Origin: Octopus vulgaris
Lineage: Eukaryota
Length of the DNA: 64,000 bases
Assembly (NCBI GenBank): GCA_951406725.2
Contig: OX597832.1
Location: 55,676,001 to 55,740,000 of the forward strand
Direction: 5' to 3'
Program-made: the position numbers and the translations under genes
In this document: positions 38,198 through 55,988 of the stretch, piece by piece
Layout of the letters: every line of letters begins with the position of its first letter
How positions within the stretch are numbered: the first letter of the stretch is position 1
Notes under the pieces: model-generated
Told to the model about the DNA's origin: nothing
The model's input: only the letters and a program-made list of their open reading frames with translations
Databases searched by the model: none

Positions 38198-38631
38198 CAT
38201 TCTTTTACGAACTACTAAAAAACAATGCCATGACCTGAAGCTGACATACCTGAAGAGACACACTTGTTTACAAAGTTCAACTCGCATGGATGAATTCATA
38301 ACGCCAAATTTAATCAATAAAAATTGTCTCCATAACACCTCGCTACTACAACCTACCCTACAAATCTAATTACCATTCTACTGAACTCCATCCACCCGCG
38401 GGAAATTTTTTTATTGCAACAGGGACCTCATGAAGCCAAGATTAAGTGAAATGCTTCACTGTCCGACAATGGCTTAACTGGGCGAAACTTTGAGGTCATT
38501 GTCAGTACTATCCTTGTTGGAGCATAATAAATTTGTACTCTACTAAATGTATTGAGTACCCATCAGAATAATGTAAAATTGTTTAATTATAACTGAACAA
38601 AAAATCAAGTATTAAAATATATATATATATC

Positions 38632-39203
38632 GGTTGTCCGGAAAGCTTATGCCGATTTATAGTAGCTTACATTTCGATTTATTTTTGAACATGTTTGAGT
38701 CCATAAAGTAGGATTTGACTACACCTCCATTTAGAGCACAGTTTAAGCTATCTTTTCGTGGAAGAAGATTTATGTTCCTATAACCTGTGTTAATTCTGCA
38801 ATCTTTTAAAATGGAAGATAAGAAAGTTCATTTTGGGCACCTGATGCTTCTCTTTCTCCGTAAAGGGAAAAATGCTTCACAAGCAACCAAAGAAATATGC
38901 GCAGTTTACGGTGATGTTTCTTTATCCGAAAGAACTGTACGGAAGTGGTTCGCAAGGTTCCGACCTGGAGATTGTAGCCTTATTGATAAAGAGCGATCAG
39001 GCAGACCATCCACTACAGATGATGACCAAATCAAGTCATTAATTGAGAATAACCCACATTGCACAACCCGAGAATTGTCAGAAAGCTTCAACCTATCAAA
39101 ATCCGTCGTTCATGAGCACCTGGTAAAGCTTGGGTAATGGCAAGTATTTATTGACCTTTTTCTTTCCTTTAAAAATCGGCACGAACTTTCCGGACAGCCC
39201 AAT
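38632..39203 (+). mobile_element. Internally deleted mariner transposon
   Basis: Same TIRs and 5' UTR as 12940-13921; TA at the termini. Confidence 0.92.
38811..39137 (+). pseudogene. Truncated mariner transposase, DNA-binding (HTH1+HTH2) region only
   Basis: MEDKKVHF...ICAVYG...SERTVRKWFARFRPGD...RSGRP...TTRELS...HLVKLG; Mos1/Hsmar1-type N-terminus without the DDD domain. Confidence 0.9.
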
Positions 39204-39227
39204 ATATTTATGGCGCATAATCATAAG

Positions 39228-39517
39228 ATAGTAAGTTCGATTCTCAGACCGGGTTTTCTGTTGTGTTCTTGAGAAAGACATTTTATATCTCGTTGCTCCA
39301 GTTCACTCAGCTGTAGAAATGAGTTGCGACATCACAGGTACCAAGCTGTACCTGCTGTTGCCTTTCCCTTGGATAACACTGGTGGCGTGGAGAGGGGAGG
39401 CTGGTATGCATGGGTGACTACTGGTCTTCCATAACCTTGTACGGAATTGCTCCTCGGAGGGAAACTTTTTAGGTGCACTCCCATGGTCATTCATGACCGA
39501 AATGGGTCTTTACCCTT
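39228..39517 (+). mobile_element. SINE family E
   Basis: Homologous to 8043-8378. Confidence 0.88.
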
Positions 39518-39523
39518 TGTGTG

Positions 39524-39568
<45 letters not shown>

Positions 39569-39605
39569 CACCTGTGTATACCGTTTGGTGGTGTAGGTGG
39601 TGGAG

Positions 39606-39738
39606 TAAATTGATCAAAATAAAAACATGATGCGAAGGATTCAGCGGTACATATGTTTCGGGCCTTTATTAGACGTCTAATAAAGGCCCGAAACATATGT
39701 ACCGCTGAATCCTTCGCATCATGTTTTTATTTTGATCA

Positions 39739-39743
<5 letters not shown>
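39606..39743. repeat. Perfect 138-bp palindrome (69-bp arms, no spacer) in (TA)n
   Basis: Centre AGAC|GTCT at 39674/39675; each arm contains GCCC-GAAA-CATATG-TA. Confidence 0.96.
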
Positions 39744-39833
<90 letters not shown>

Positions 39834-39834
39834 C

Positions 39835-39940
<106 letters not shown>

Positions 39941-40559
39941 ATGTGGCGTCTTTCATTTTCCCCTCTATCATATTCACTCAGAAGTCTTTGGTCTGCCCGG
40001 GGTTACAGTAGAGGGAGCTTATCCAAGGTACCATACAGTAGGACCGAACCTGGAAGCCTGTGGAGTGGGGGGAAGGCAGACTTCTTCCCCCACAACCATC
40101 CCCTGCACCTATATAGAAAGGAAATTTTCTATTTGTTCGTGTCTTGAAAAAAAAAAATCTTCAGACCAATATTCTCAGCAAGATTGATTTTCCTTGTTCT
40201 ACAGGCGTTCTCCAAACCTTTATATATTTATTTTTTTTTTGCTGCTGTTTTTGTTTGGAAAAATCCCTCAGAAAATATCTTCCTCTTAGATAAAGGGGAA
40301 CATATTCCCACAAGATCGGAGGAAAATGTGTCCCTTAATTCAATAGTAATGTGAAATGATGCTTTCGACATTAGTCAGCCAAAATAGAATATTTCTTCTC
40401 CATTTTTTGTTTATTTTCAGCCTTAAAACCATCTCTTTTATCCAAGACGTGTCGTAGCATTAAGCAAGCCTTCTTCGCAACATTATCCATCAGCATCAAG
40501 GAAGAGGAAAAGCTCAAAGAATTCCGTTTCTATTATTGTTGTTGTTGCTGTTTTTGTTA

Positions 40560-41990
<1,431 letters not shown>

Positions 41991-42194
41991 TTAATCAATT
42001 AGTTAACTACTTCACCACTTAATTAATCGATTGTTTGACCAAACGATTGATCTAATCGATCAGTCGGTTTATCTGAGTCCTTTAAACGCCATTAAACGGC
42101 CTCATCAATGATTCACTCGCGTCTGTTCCAGGTCTGTTCACAGCCACAAACTTCGTTGCTTTATTGCTTTAACTCTGTATTTATAACATTTGGA

Positions 42195-42231
42195 TTGTGT
42201 GTGTATGTGTGTGTATGTATATATATATATA

Positions 42232-42279
<48 letters not shown>

Positions 42280-42520
42280 CATGTGTGTGTGTGTATATAT
42301 ATGTGTGTGTATATATATATGTGTGTATATGTGTGTGTGTGTGCATGTGCGTGTGTTTTGTATGTATATATGTATGTGTGCGCGCGCTCGCGTCTCTGTA
42401 TGTGTATATATACGTGTGTGTATATATATATGTGTGTGTTTAGATATATATATATATATATGCGTGTATATATGTGTGTGTGTATATGTATATGCATGTG
42501 TGCGTGTCTTTGTATGTATA

Positions 42521-42567
<47 letters not shown>

Positions 42568-42941
42568 ATTTGTGTCTTTGTATGTATATATATATATGTG
42601 TGTGTGTGTGCGTGTATGCGCATGTGTGCGTGTGTGTACATGTACGAGTGTGTGTACTAATTGATCTGTGTGTGCCAACTGATCAGTGTGCGCCTATGTA
42701 TATTATGTATATGCATGTGTGTATATAAATGTGTGCGTGTCTGTGTGAATGCATGTGTGTTAGTATATGCGTGTGTGTGCGTTTCGCTTGAATTCACATG
42801 CTTTTTCGTTTTATATATTTTATGCGTGTGTGTATATGTATTAGTGTATATCTACGCGTGAGTATATGCACGTGTGTATGAGGTTCAGTTCGAGTGTTTG
42901 TGTTGCTCTTTGTTTTGAGTGTGTATGTGTGTGTTTGTGTG

Positions 42942-43036
<95 letters not shown>

Positions 43037-43514
43037 GCCTGTTTTTTATTTATGTGTGTTGGTGTAAGTTCGGTCACGGTTTGCCGTTTGAATGGTTTCC
43101 TTCTCCTTAAGGCAGTTCTCTCGTACATAAAGTGGGCACACACATTTATGCCTACGCTTACATACTCACAAACACAATACATATCTACACACACACACAC
43201 AATACATACATACATACATACATACATACATACATACATTCATACATTCATACATACATACATACATACATACTTACATACATTCATACATACATTCATA
43301 CATATCTACACACACACACAATACATACATACATACACACACACACACAATACATACATACATACATACATACATGCATACATGCATACATACATTCATA
43401 CATTCATACATACATACATACATACATACATACATTCATACATACATTCATACATACATACATACATACATACATAGATACATACATGCATACATGCATA
43501 CATGCATACATACA

Positions 43515-43548
<34 letters not shown>

Positions 43549-43745
43549 CATACATACATACATACATACATACATACATACATACATGCATACATACATA
43601 CATACATACATACATTCATACATACATACATACATACATACATACATACATACATACATACATACATACATTCATACATACATACATACATACATACATA
43701 CATACATACATACATACATACATACATACATACATACATAGAAAC
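42195..43745. repeat. Long compound (TG/TA)n, (GA)n and (CATA)n microsatellite field
   Basis: Directly visible. Confidence 0.95.
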
Positions 43746-44414
43746 AAACTTACACATACACACACGGTGCATTGGAACTCCTAATCCACGAGCAGGTTAT
43801 CCTTAAGCATTCGGTTATGTCCCTTGAATAGAAAGCTAAGAAGCAAATAAAAACAAACAAACATAACCTTGTCCTTTGGTGGGTTTTTTGGGGTTTCTTT
43901 TTTGTCTAGGGACACATTTATTTCCCATCCCTTTAACACTATGAAACTTGACCTGAGCCAACGAAAAGTTCCTTCAAATGTTTTCCATTGGAATGGAACG
44001 TTACCCACCATCCATCAACTTCCCCCCTCTCACTTACTCTCTCCTGTTCATTCTCTCTTTCTCTCTCCCACTCTTTTTTCTCATATGCATCTCCCTTTCC
44101 CCTTATCCTCTCTTCCCCATCTCCTTCCCACTAATATTCTTTGTCTTCCTTCATCATTTTCGTTTTTGTTTATCATCTCCCCCCGCTCTCTCTCCACACA
44201 CACGCACAATGTATGTATATATATATATATATCACGTGATCGACCAGACTGTCAGATGTTGCTACACATCGCTGGTCACAATGCGCTTCGCATTGCTTTA
44301 GCCCTCAAATGACGCCACCCCGCTGGCTAAGCGAGCAGGCCAAATATATATATATATATATATATATGTATATGTATGTGTGTGTGTGTGTATGTGTGTG
44401 TGTGTGTATACATG

Positions 44415-44738
44415 TGGAGGCTCTTGGCTTAGTGGTTAGGGCATTCAGTTCACGATCGTAAGGTCATGAGTTCAATTCCCGGTGACGCCTTGTGTCCTTG
44501 AGCAAGACACTTTATTTCATATTCCTCCAGTTCACTCAGCTGGAAAAAAATGAGTTGTAGGTGTAATTCAAAGATGGCGCCTTGTGACACTCTGTGTCAC
44601 GCTGAATCTTCCTAAGAACTACGTTAAGTGAACGCGTGACTGTGGAATACTCAATCACTTGTACGTTAATTTCACGAGCAGGCTGTTCCGATGATCGGAT
44701 CAACTGGAACCCTCGTCGTCGTAACCGACGGAGTACCA
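44415..44738 (+). mobile_element. SINE head2 + central domain + tail X
   Basis: Homologous to 22855-23175. Confidence 0.9.
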
Positions 44739-44789
44739 TTTAAGAATTTTTTTATACGTATACATACATGCATATCTACATACCTATTC

Positions 44790-45692
<903 letters not shown>

Positions 45693-45930
45693 AATCTCTC
45701 TCCCTGTAGACACACACACACACACTCCTGATAAAGTCAATGTTTTCTTAATCTAATATTACCCGGTTGACTGACGACAATAATCCCGCTTTGTTTTAAC
45801 TTCGAGCTCACTAACAAAACGAAGCAATCACGTTAGAAGGCTGTGGAGCAATAAAACCCAAAACGAATTAAAACAAAATAAAACTAGTACCAAACCCCCA
45901 AACAACAAACAAATAAATAACGTAAAAACG

Positions 45931-45961
<31 letters not shown>

Positions 45962-46149
45962 AAAGAAACGTAGAAAGAGATGAATTATAAATAGCGCGGT
46001 GGGTGGGGTTCCCCTCTTATCGTACGTAGACTCTGTGGAAGTAAGATCTAGTTTCAGTGAACCGTTTAAGTTGTGCCACTTGCAATGTCTTGGACAAAAT
46101 GTTTGCTCGTATAACGGAATCAGCACTTTATAACTGCTAGATGCACTTC

Positions 46150-46619
46150 ACCCACCTCCTCTTCTGCCTCCTCCTCCTACTCCTCCTCCTTCACCATCTC
46201 TTCTTTTCGTCCTGTTTCTTTCTCCTCCTCTTCCTCCTCCAACTACTACTACTCCTTCTCCTCCTTCCTCTCCTTTTTTCTTTACTCGAGCCCTTCTCTT
46301 GTGCCCTCTCCGTTACCACCACCACCACCACCACTACCACCACCACCATCACAACCACCACAACCACCATCACCACTACCACCACCACCATCACAACCAC
46401 CACAACCACCATCACCATCACCACCACCACCACCACCACCACCACGAACATCACGACCACAACTGTCATCATCGCCATTATCGCGATGAGTATTAACGCA
46501 GTCACCACCACCACCACCACTACTCCTCCCCCACCACCACATCCACCGCAACCATCATCATTATAATCACCACCACCAACGACTGTTCTCCCACCTTCGC
46601 CAAACACCTTTACCAACAC

Positions 46620-46670
<51 letters not shown>

Positions 46671-47680
46671 CCTCCACCATCGTCACCACCACGGCTGTTA
46701 CTGATACAACCACCAGCTTCCACCTCCTCTACCGGCATCTACCCCCCTCCACCTCCTCCACCACGACGATTATTGGCGCCGCTACCACCACCACTACTAA
46801 AACCACAACAACCGCCGCCGCACGACAATTATTATTGGCGCCGCTTCTACTACTACTACCACTACTACTATTACGACGACGACGACGGCTACGACCACCA
46901 TCACCACCACCACCACTATTATATTACAGCATATATTTCACCGACCCTCACCCCCTCCTCCAGCGTCGCCATTACTTACCGTTACATCCGATACCAACAT
47001 CGCCGCCGCCCTTGATGCCGATGCAAGCAGCAGCAGCACCACCACCACCATCATCATCACGACGACGACGACGACCATCACCACCACCACCACCACCACC
47101 ACCACCACCACCACCACCACCACCACCACCACCACCGACATTACTGTTACTACAGCCACGATCGTCGCTAACGCCGTCACTACCGAAGAAAACAATAACA
47201 TCTACAACAACAACAATAACAACAACAACAACAAAAACAGCAGCAACAGCAACAACAACAACAACAGCAACAACAACAACGATAATCACCAATGAAATAT
47301 CGTGTTTATATTATAAGAGACATCAGTAGTCCTCACAGACACTCAACCCCTTCAAAAACAAAAACAAAAAGAACAAAACAAAATACAAAAACAGACAACA
47401 ACAAAAACAAACAAACAAACAAACAAACACACTGTCCCTTTTCGCTTCTCTCATCTCTGTACAACCCTCTTTTTCTTTCCTAGTAACTTGCTCTCTTACT
47501 CCCTCATCCTTCCCTACTCTTACCTCTCCTCCAACGAAACAGCTATATTGATTTTTTATGATTACTTGCCCATTCTGTTTTCGCCGGAGGTCGTCGGTGG
47601 TGTTGTTGGTGTTGCTAATGCTTTCGCTGCTGCTGCTGCTACCGCTGCTGCTGCTGCTGTTGTTGTTGTTGCTTACGTAG
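46150..47680. repeat. Mosaic of trinucleotide repeats (CCT, CCA, CGA, CTA, CAA, GCT)
   Basis: Directly visible; no SINEs within it. Confidence 0.9.
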
Positions 47681-47936
47681 GTTTCTTATTGTCGCCTTAT
47701 TGTTTTTATTGTTGCCGTATTTATCTACTTTCATTCCCTTACTCCCCCTCTCTCTTCCCTTCCCTTCCCTGTCTCTCTCTCTCTCTCTTTCTTACTCTAT
47801 CCCTATCCTTCTCTTTCTCTAATTCTTCCCCCCTCACTCTTATTCTATCTTTTTTTTTCTCCTCTTTTACATCTCACGCCATTCTAGCGGTTGCAGATTC
47901 ATGATTTAAGAGCGTTGTGCAAAAACACACACACAT

Positions 47937-47991
<55 letters not shown>

Positions 47992-48272
47992 CATACAGTA
48001 ATGACTGTTAGTAGATATACATAGACAAAAAGACAAATAACGAGAGGAAAATGTAGGGGCGTGAGGGGACAAGAAAGGGAGACAGAGGCAGAGGAACAGA
48101 GAGAGAGAGAGAGAGGGAGAGAGAGAGAGTCAAAGAGGAAGGGAGAAAGAGACAGGGATAGAAAGAAAACAGAGCTTTTCATTATAATTGTCGGTATCAA
48201 TACTCTGTGAATTTATCACGTGCGAATCGAGAGAGAGTAAGCATTAAATTTGTATGGGTGTGTAATATATGC

Positions 48273-48860
<588 letters not shown>

Positions 48861-49658
48861 GGCACAATCGTACACAAACATATACAGTGACTGGCAAAAT
48901 GCATCTTTTTGTAGATATAAGTATAATAATGCAATCTTTGGTTCTACATCGTTTTCCATTTGGCTCTCAAACTGAAATAAATTACTTTAATTGTTTGTTT
49001 TCGCAACCTAATTTTAACATCACAGACCCAGACTGTCTTCACTTCAGTCCCTCAGCTCCCCTCCCCTGCCTACATTGCAATGGAATCGTTTTTAGTTAAA
49101 TAAATCGCTAATGCATTATACGAATTAAGTTGTATTTTGCGTAAATAAAGCGTTTTTTTCTGGCATTTTCGACACGGAAATATGTCCGACCACTCAAAAG
49201 TTTTTGTTTTTTTTATCATCTCAGAGCGTTGTTGCTTGTTCATGGTGGAATCTTTTAGGCATAAACTATCTCATTCGATTTTATTTTAAAAAATTTCTAC
49301 GCAGCTGTAAATTTTTATGCCAATTATGAAAATCGCGGCCATTTTTTTTTTATATATATTTCGAGAAATTAATAACAAAGTTACGAACATTGATGATAAA
49401 ATTATTTTGTAATTTTCACCAATCAATATCCAGCCTCTCTTTCCACACCGTGGCGATGTTGTGGAAAACGCCGTGTGTTCTTTCTTTCTTTCTTTCTTTC
49501 TAGCTCTCGTTTTACGTTTTGTAAAACGCAACAAAGAGAAATCCCCACGATTTGCTATTTTTTGGAAATTAATAAAAGAATAACGTTGCAAAATCTTTAA
49601 CGGTGAATATATTAAATGGAAGAAAATAAATAAATAAAAGATTACGTGTGTAAACTGG

Positions 49659-50047
49659 GCGCAGGCGTGGCTGTATAGGCGCAGACGTGGCTGTATAGGC
49701 GCGGGCGTGGCTGTGTGGTAAGAAGTTTGCCTACCAACCACAAGTCTTTTCTACTATAGCCTCAAGCTGACCAAAGCCTTGTCACTTGATTTCATAGATG
49801 GAAACTGAAAGAAGCAGGTCATATATAGATATATCTATATATCTATATCTATATCTATATCTATATAGGTGCAAGGGTGGCTATGTAGGTAAGCACAGGA
49901 GTGGGTGTGTGGTAAGAAGCTTGCTTCCAGCCACATGGTTCCGGGTTCAGTCCCACTGCGTGGCATTGGGCAAGTGTCTTCTACTATAGCCTCGGGGTGA
50001 CCAAAGACTTGTGAATGGATTTGGTAGATGGAAACTGAAAGAAGCAC

Positions 50048-50050
<3 letters not shown>
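49659..50050 (+). mobile_element. Two SINE family A 5' halves with reiterated 20-bp head
   Basis: GGCGCAGGCGTGGCTGTATA-like unit three times at 49659-49720. Confidence 0.85.
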
Positions 50051-50123
<73 letters not shown>

Positions 50124-50899
50124 CAGAGGCGACGCCAGGTCATCAGCGTCTCTCAGTTTCATAACAGATTTCACGTAAGACACATGCCAGCTCGAAGAAT
50201 TTCACATTTTCCCCCAATATTCTTAGCCGCAAATGTCTTATTTTCTTACATCTAGCACTATGTCTTTCTCCATTTCTAAGTTAACGGCAAAAATAAAGCA
50301 ATCCTGCAAAATATAACTGATCTTTATACACAGAAGCACAGAATAACAGTAATCAAATAACGACAGCGAAGTGTACAACAAACATCAGCCATCTGACTGT
50401 CGCCTGTACTCTTGACAAGAGATGCCAGTTAGTCTTTTTCACCTACCAGGCTCGTTCGTATTAGCTCGCGTTTCTGGAAACTTTTTCGTTCCTTTAAGAA
50501 TATTGTAGAAGGGAAACATTTCATAGATTAGAATTTAAAATCCTAATCTGTATAGAAATTTATTGTTTCAAGAAAACATTGAGTCTGAATTACTTTTAAT
50601 CTTTACGATTATAGATAACAGCTCGGGCTGTAACTTCTGTGCCTGAATCAGGCGTGTGCGAACGATGCCGTGAGAACGTCTGCTACGAATGATATTTTTT
50701 GACGCAGAACACTTCTAAGACGACCGCCAGACGCTGAACGAAAATAAATGAACTGCGACCAGGCTCAATAAAAGGAGCCCGTATGTTGAGCAGCAATTAC
50801 ATACTTGAAGTCAGTGTTGGCAGAAATTAAATCACGTTCACTTTTCTAAATTTATACTCGGGCAAAGCCCGAACAGCCCAAGTGCCGGAGTCGCCACTG

Positions 50900-50948
<49 letters not shown>

Positions 50949-51360
50949 TATATACATACGTATATGTATACACTTACATCTATACACACACACATACACA
51001 CACACACACATACACACTTACACACACATATATATGTCAAAACTACTGAAAAGGTTGCAAGACGCAACGAAAATTTTAGGACAATAAAAATAAGCAAAAA
51101 GGGAAAATTTTACGGTGAGTGTGTTACATAATAAGGCAAAAAAAGAAAATGACTCTCCCCAGACACAACAATATACTTCAACACCCGAACTCATGTAAAG
51201 AATCTTGCAAACCAAATCTCAAAACGAAATATATATATATATGCATATGTGAGCACAGAACGTCACGAAACTTGTACAACAAAAAAGTACGATGCACGAG
51301 TACATGGAACATGAACTATTCGTTCGAATGAAAGACACAATTAGAAAAGAAAACAAACAA

Positions 51361-51556
51361 CAGTTATATATTTAAGAAATGAGGAATTATGTACATTATT
51401 TACATTATTTACAATTGACGGATATTTGTCCTCATCTTGTTTGTTGTTAACACAACATTTCAGCTGATATACCCTCCAGCCTTCATCAGGTGTCTTGGGG
51501 GAAATTTCGAACCTGGGTTCTCATTCCTAAGGTATATTTCGATGCTGTTGTTGTTG

Positions 51557-51558
<2 letters not shown>
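51361..51558 (-). mobile_element. Solo copy of the 28-kb Penelope-like pseudo-LTR with hammerhead (51450-51493)
   Basis: Near-identical to 28174-28366 including the tail; abuts (TA)n. Confidence 0.82.
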
Positions 51559-51598
<40 letters not shown>

Positions 51599-51620
51599 AT
51601 AGATAGATAGATTGATTGAT

Positions 51621-51664
<44 letters not shown>

Positions 51665-51693
51665 ATAGATAGATAGATTGATTGATTGATGTG

Positions 51694-51754
<61 letters not shown>

Positions 51755-51778
51755 TATAATATATATATTGATTGCATA

Positions 51779-51852
<74 letters not shown>

Positions 51853-52297
51853 TACATTTTCGAAAGCAGGTCTGTTTCCTGTTTCTTTAATGCTTCCCCG
51901 CCCCTCTTTCGTTTTCCTTTTAACAGCGAAGCCAGGGTAAGGGGTTTGAAATATCGATCCCCTTCCAAAATAAACAACGAATAAATAAATGTCGGTGTTC
52001 ATCGATGAGGTTATGTGAACATTATATTATTGCTACGAAATCCCGAAAAGATATTGGAAAACGTTTGCGCGCATGCTTGCCCATATATATATATAAATGT
52101 GTGTGAATAAGTGTGTGTATGTGTGTATATATGTGTGTGTGTGTGTGTTTAAATATGTGTTCGTGGTCGTTTACAAGAATAATTTAGGGTCTAGCAGACT
52201 TCAAGAAAATCGTTCTACATCTCATCCTTTTTCTCTTTCACCTCCCACCCACCTTCTTTACTTTCCCCTCTCTCTGTCTTTCTTTCACTCTGCTCAC

Positions 52298-52332
<35 letters not shown>

Positions 52333-52847
52333 GTTTCCCCACTCTCTCTCCTCTTCATTCTCTCTCGCTTCCCTCTTTTTCGCTCTTCCTATCTATCTCC
52401 CTTCAATTACTTTCACCTTCTTTCCCCCACCCCCTCCATCTCTTTTTCTTTCACTCTCCTCCGTCTTTCACACCTCTCCTTCCCCCCCATCTCCCTTTTC
52501 CTCTCTCAATCCCTTTCTCTCCTTCCCCCTCTCGCTTTCTCGCTGCATTTCTTTCTCTCTCTCCGAGATTCCAGAGGAATAAATCGAAATCTTTAAAATT
52601 AGAACTGGTCGTATGTAATATGGAAGCTGACAGATAAATTGGTAAGGAGTAGAATTTTAAATGAAGGAAACTCTTTGAATAGTGGTTGTTCAACGTCTTC
52701 CATTCGTGACCTAACACAAATAACGGCAGTTTATAGGCAAACGAAAGGAAATAAATATTCGGGTTTGTTTGACGATTGGATTAGGCAGATTATCACTATC
52801 TATCTCAGTTTTGCGTGGCTTCTTCAGATGTTTCATTGGGAGAGAAG

Positions 52848-52907
<60 letters not shown>

Positions 52908-53260
52908 AAGAAAGACGGGGAGACAGAGACAGATAGACAGACGGAGACAGACAGCTATAGAGGGAGAAACAGTAGCGGATGGAAAAGAAAAGACAAAGAA
53001 AGATACAGAAGGGAACTACAGTCAGAGGCAGAGAGAGAGAGAGAGGGAAGGGGGAGAAAGTAGAGGAAGAAGGTAGTGGAATAAGAGAGAGAAAGAGAAA
53101 TAAGAGAGAGACTGATAGAGACTGAAAGAAAAACAGACAGAGAGACAGACAGATAGATAGATAGATAGATCGATAGATAGATAGGTAGATAGGTAGATAG
53201 ATAGATAGGCAGATAGATAGATAGATAGATAGACCAATTTATAGATAGAATGAGATATGT

Positions 53261-53359
<99 letters not shown>

Positions 53360-53460
53360 CAGACTGAAAAAGGTATAAGAGAAAGTCTGATAGATAAACA
53401 AGCAGAGAGACAGACAGATAGACAGATAGGTAGGTACACACATATATGTGTCCATATACT

Positions 53461-53556
<96 letters not shown>

Positions 53557-53562
53557 GATATA

Positions 53563-53594
<32 letters not shown>

Positions 53595-53599
53595 AGTGT

Positions 53600-53635
<36 letters not shown>

Positions 53636-53670
53636 ATGTATATATGTATACGCACATACACATATATAGT
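52848..53670. repeat. Compound (GA)n/(GATA)n/(TA)n/(TG)n field
   Basis: Directly visible. Confidence 0.93.
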
Positions 53671-54002
53671 AAGAGATGGGGAGGAAAAAGGATGAGGTAA
53701 AGGGAGGTAGGGACATAAGAATTATGAAAACACAAAAAAAGAGAAGTCAGTTTAAAAAAAAAGAAAAATAAACGAAGAAACAAAGGAATGAGGCAGAAAA
53801 TGAGTGAGCAACAACAACAACAACAACAACAACAACAGCAAAAACAACAACCACAACAACAACAACAACAGCAAGAACAACCATAACGAGGAGACCGAAG
53901 CAGACGACGAGTAAAAGGAGGAGAGAAAATGGCAGAAATACAAAGAAGCAATGCAGTAGAGAGAGAGATAAGAAATGCGACATGACGAGAAAAAAATGGT
54001 AA

Positions 54003-54260
54003 AGGAGGAGGAGGAGGAGAAGAAGAAGAAGAAGAAGAAGAAGAAGAAGAAGAAGAAGGAGAAGGAGAATAAGAGGGAGATGAAGAAGAAGAAGAAGAAG
54101 AAGAAGAAGGAGTATAAGAGGGAGATGAAGAAGAAGAAGAAGAAGAAGAAGAAGAAGAAGAAGAAGGAGAATAAGAGGGAGAAAAAGAAGGAGGAGGAGG
54201 AGAAGAAGAAGAAGAAGAAGAAGAAGAAGAAGAAGAAGAAGAAGAAGAAGAAGAAGAAGA
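54003..54260. repeat. (GAA)n/(GGA)n purine tract with higher-order TAAGAGGGAGA punctuation
   Basis: Directly visible. Confidence 0.93.
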
Positions 54261-54555
54261 TGGTACTGAAGAAACCATTGAAAGAGGAAGTTGAATCAAA
54301 GAAGTGAGGGTGGGGGATTATCGTGGGGTAGGGAGGTGGGTTGAAGTGTGGGTCGGGGTGGATGCGGTTTTATTGAGTATAAAGATACGAACGAAGTGTG
54401 TGTCTGTGTGAGTGTGTGTGCGCGTGTGTGTGTTTGAATACGTGTGTTTGTGTGTGTATGTCTTTCTGTGTGTGTGCGTGTGTGTGCGTGTGTATATGTG
54501 TGTGTATAAGTGTGCTTTTATGGGGTTTGAGAAAACAAAGAGTTTTAGCGAGAGT

Positions 54556-54613
<58 letters not shown>

Positions 54614-55062
54614 AAGAGAGAGGGATAGATAGAGAAGTGTGTGAGAGTGAGTGACAGACGGAGATAGAGAAAGAGAAAGAAAGAGAGATTAAGAGAGGTA
54701 CCATTTCCATCGTAAATATCCAACGTACCAAATGTCGATAGACGCATAATGCTTCAGGTATCAATGATATACTCATAAATATATCCATCCATCCACCTAT
54801 CCACACAATCATGCATACATACATACATACATACATACATACATACATACATACATACATACATGCAAACATAAATACATACATGCATACAAGCAAACAT
54901 ACATACATACATACAAGCAAACATACTTACATACATGCATACATACATACATACACACATGCATGCATACATACATACATACACACATGCATACATACAT
55001 ACATACATACATACATACATACATACATACATACATACATACATACATACATACATACATGC

Positions 55063-55918
55063 ATAACCTGAAGATCGGCGAAAAATAAAGCACCTATTGA
55101 GAAACCTGCTGTTACTCTATCCAGATTACAAGTTGAGGTTTATACCTGTAATTATTTGGGCCCTGGGATATGTAACACACTGCCTAAATACCAATCTTGA
55201 GAAACTGGGTTTCTCAAAACCAGAATGGAGAAAGCTAATTCGAGGACTATATATCCACTTCATCACTGGAACTGTAAAAATCTGTAAAACTTTCCAGAAG
55301 TTTATATGAGCATGTCTAGATATGTAACTATATGCTTGAGAATACATACATAAAACATACTAATCTGCACATACATACATACATACATACATACATACAT
55401 ACATACATACATACATACATACATACATACATACATACATACCTACCTACATACATACATACATACATACATACATACATACATACATACAAACAAACAA
55501 AAAATACCCTGTTGTTGATGTTAAAATTGTTCCTTCTCGAGCCATGCCTGGCTCATAAGGGCCGGTTTCCCGGTTTCCTTGGCGTATAGGTTCCCCACCT
55601 CGACGGGACGCCGGTCCATCGCAGGTGAGCTGCAAGATGCAGGAGGAAAGAGTGAGAGAAAGTTACGGCGAAAGAGTCAGCAGAACTTCGCCATTACCTC
55701 CTGCGGAGCCGCGTGGAGCTTAGGTGTTTTGCTCATAAACACACACATCACCCGGTCTGAGATTCGAACCCGCGAACCCTCGACCGCGAGTCCGCTGCTC
55801 TAACAACTTGGCCATGTGCCTCCACGATGTTAAAATACCTATGAAAGAGCCTGGGATCTAGGTTAGAAGCTGGTTCTTCCACTATTGGCAAGAAATCTTG
55901 AAATAAACTGAAGAATGA
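55063..55918 (+). mobile_element. R4/Dong-like (RLE-type) LINE 3' fragment inserted in (CATA)n
   Basis: LLLLYPDYKLRFIPVIIWALGYV...LEKLG...GTVKI matches the region after the PD-(D/E)xK endonuclease motif (P-I-V-I-G-A-L-G type); (CATA)n on both sides and inside the 3' UTR. Confidence 0.75.
55528..55825 (-). mobile_element. SINE family C2 nested in the LINE 3' UTR
   Basis: 11-bp TSD GATGTTAAAAT at 55517-55527 and 55826-55836. Confidence 0.93.
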
Positions 55919-55956
55919 CATACATACATACATACATACATACATACATACATACA

Positions 55957-55988
<32 letters not shown>

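Noticed and set aside
46835-47329. Pro/Thr-rich ORF resembling a mucin or extensin with a signal peptide
   Set aside because: The start is not a real ATG, all frames are similarly open because of trinucleotide repeats, and there is no splice support.
50125-50160. CTGATGA on the minus strand next to (TA)n
   Set aside because: No downstream helix II + GAAA, so a hammerhead cannot be folded.
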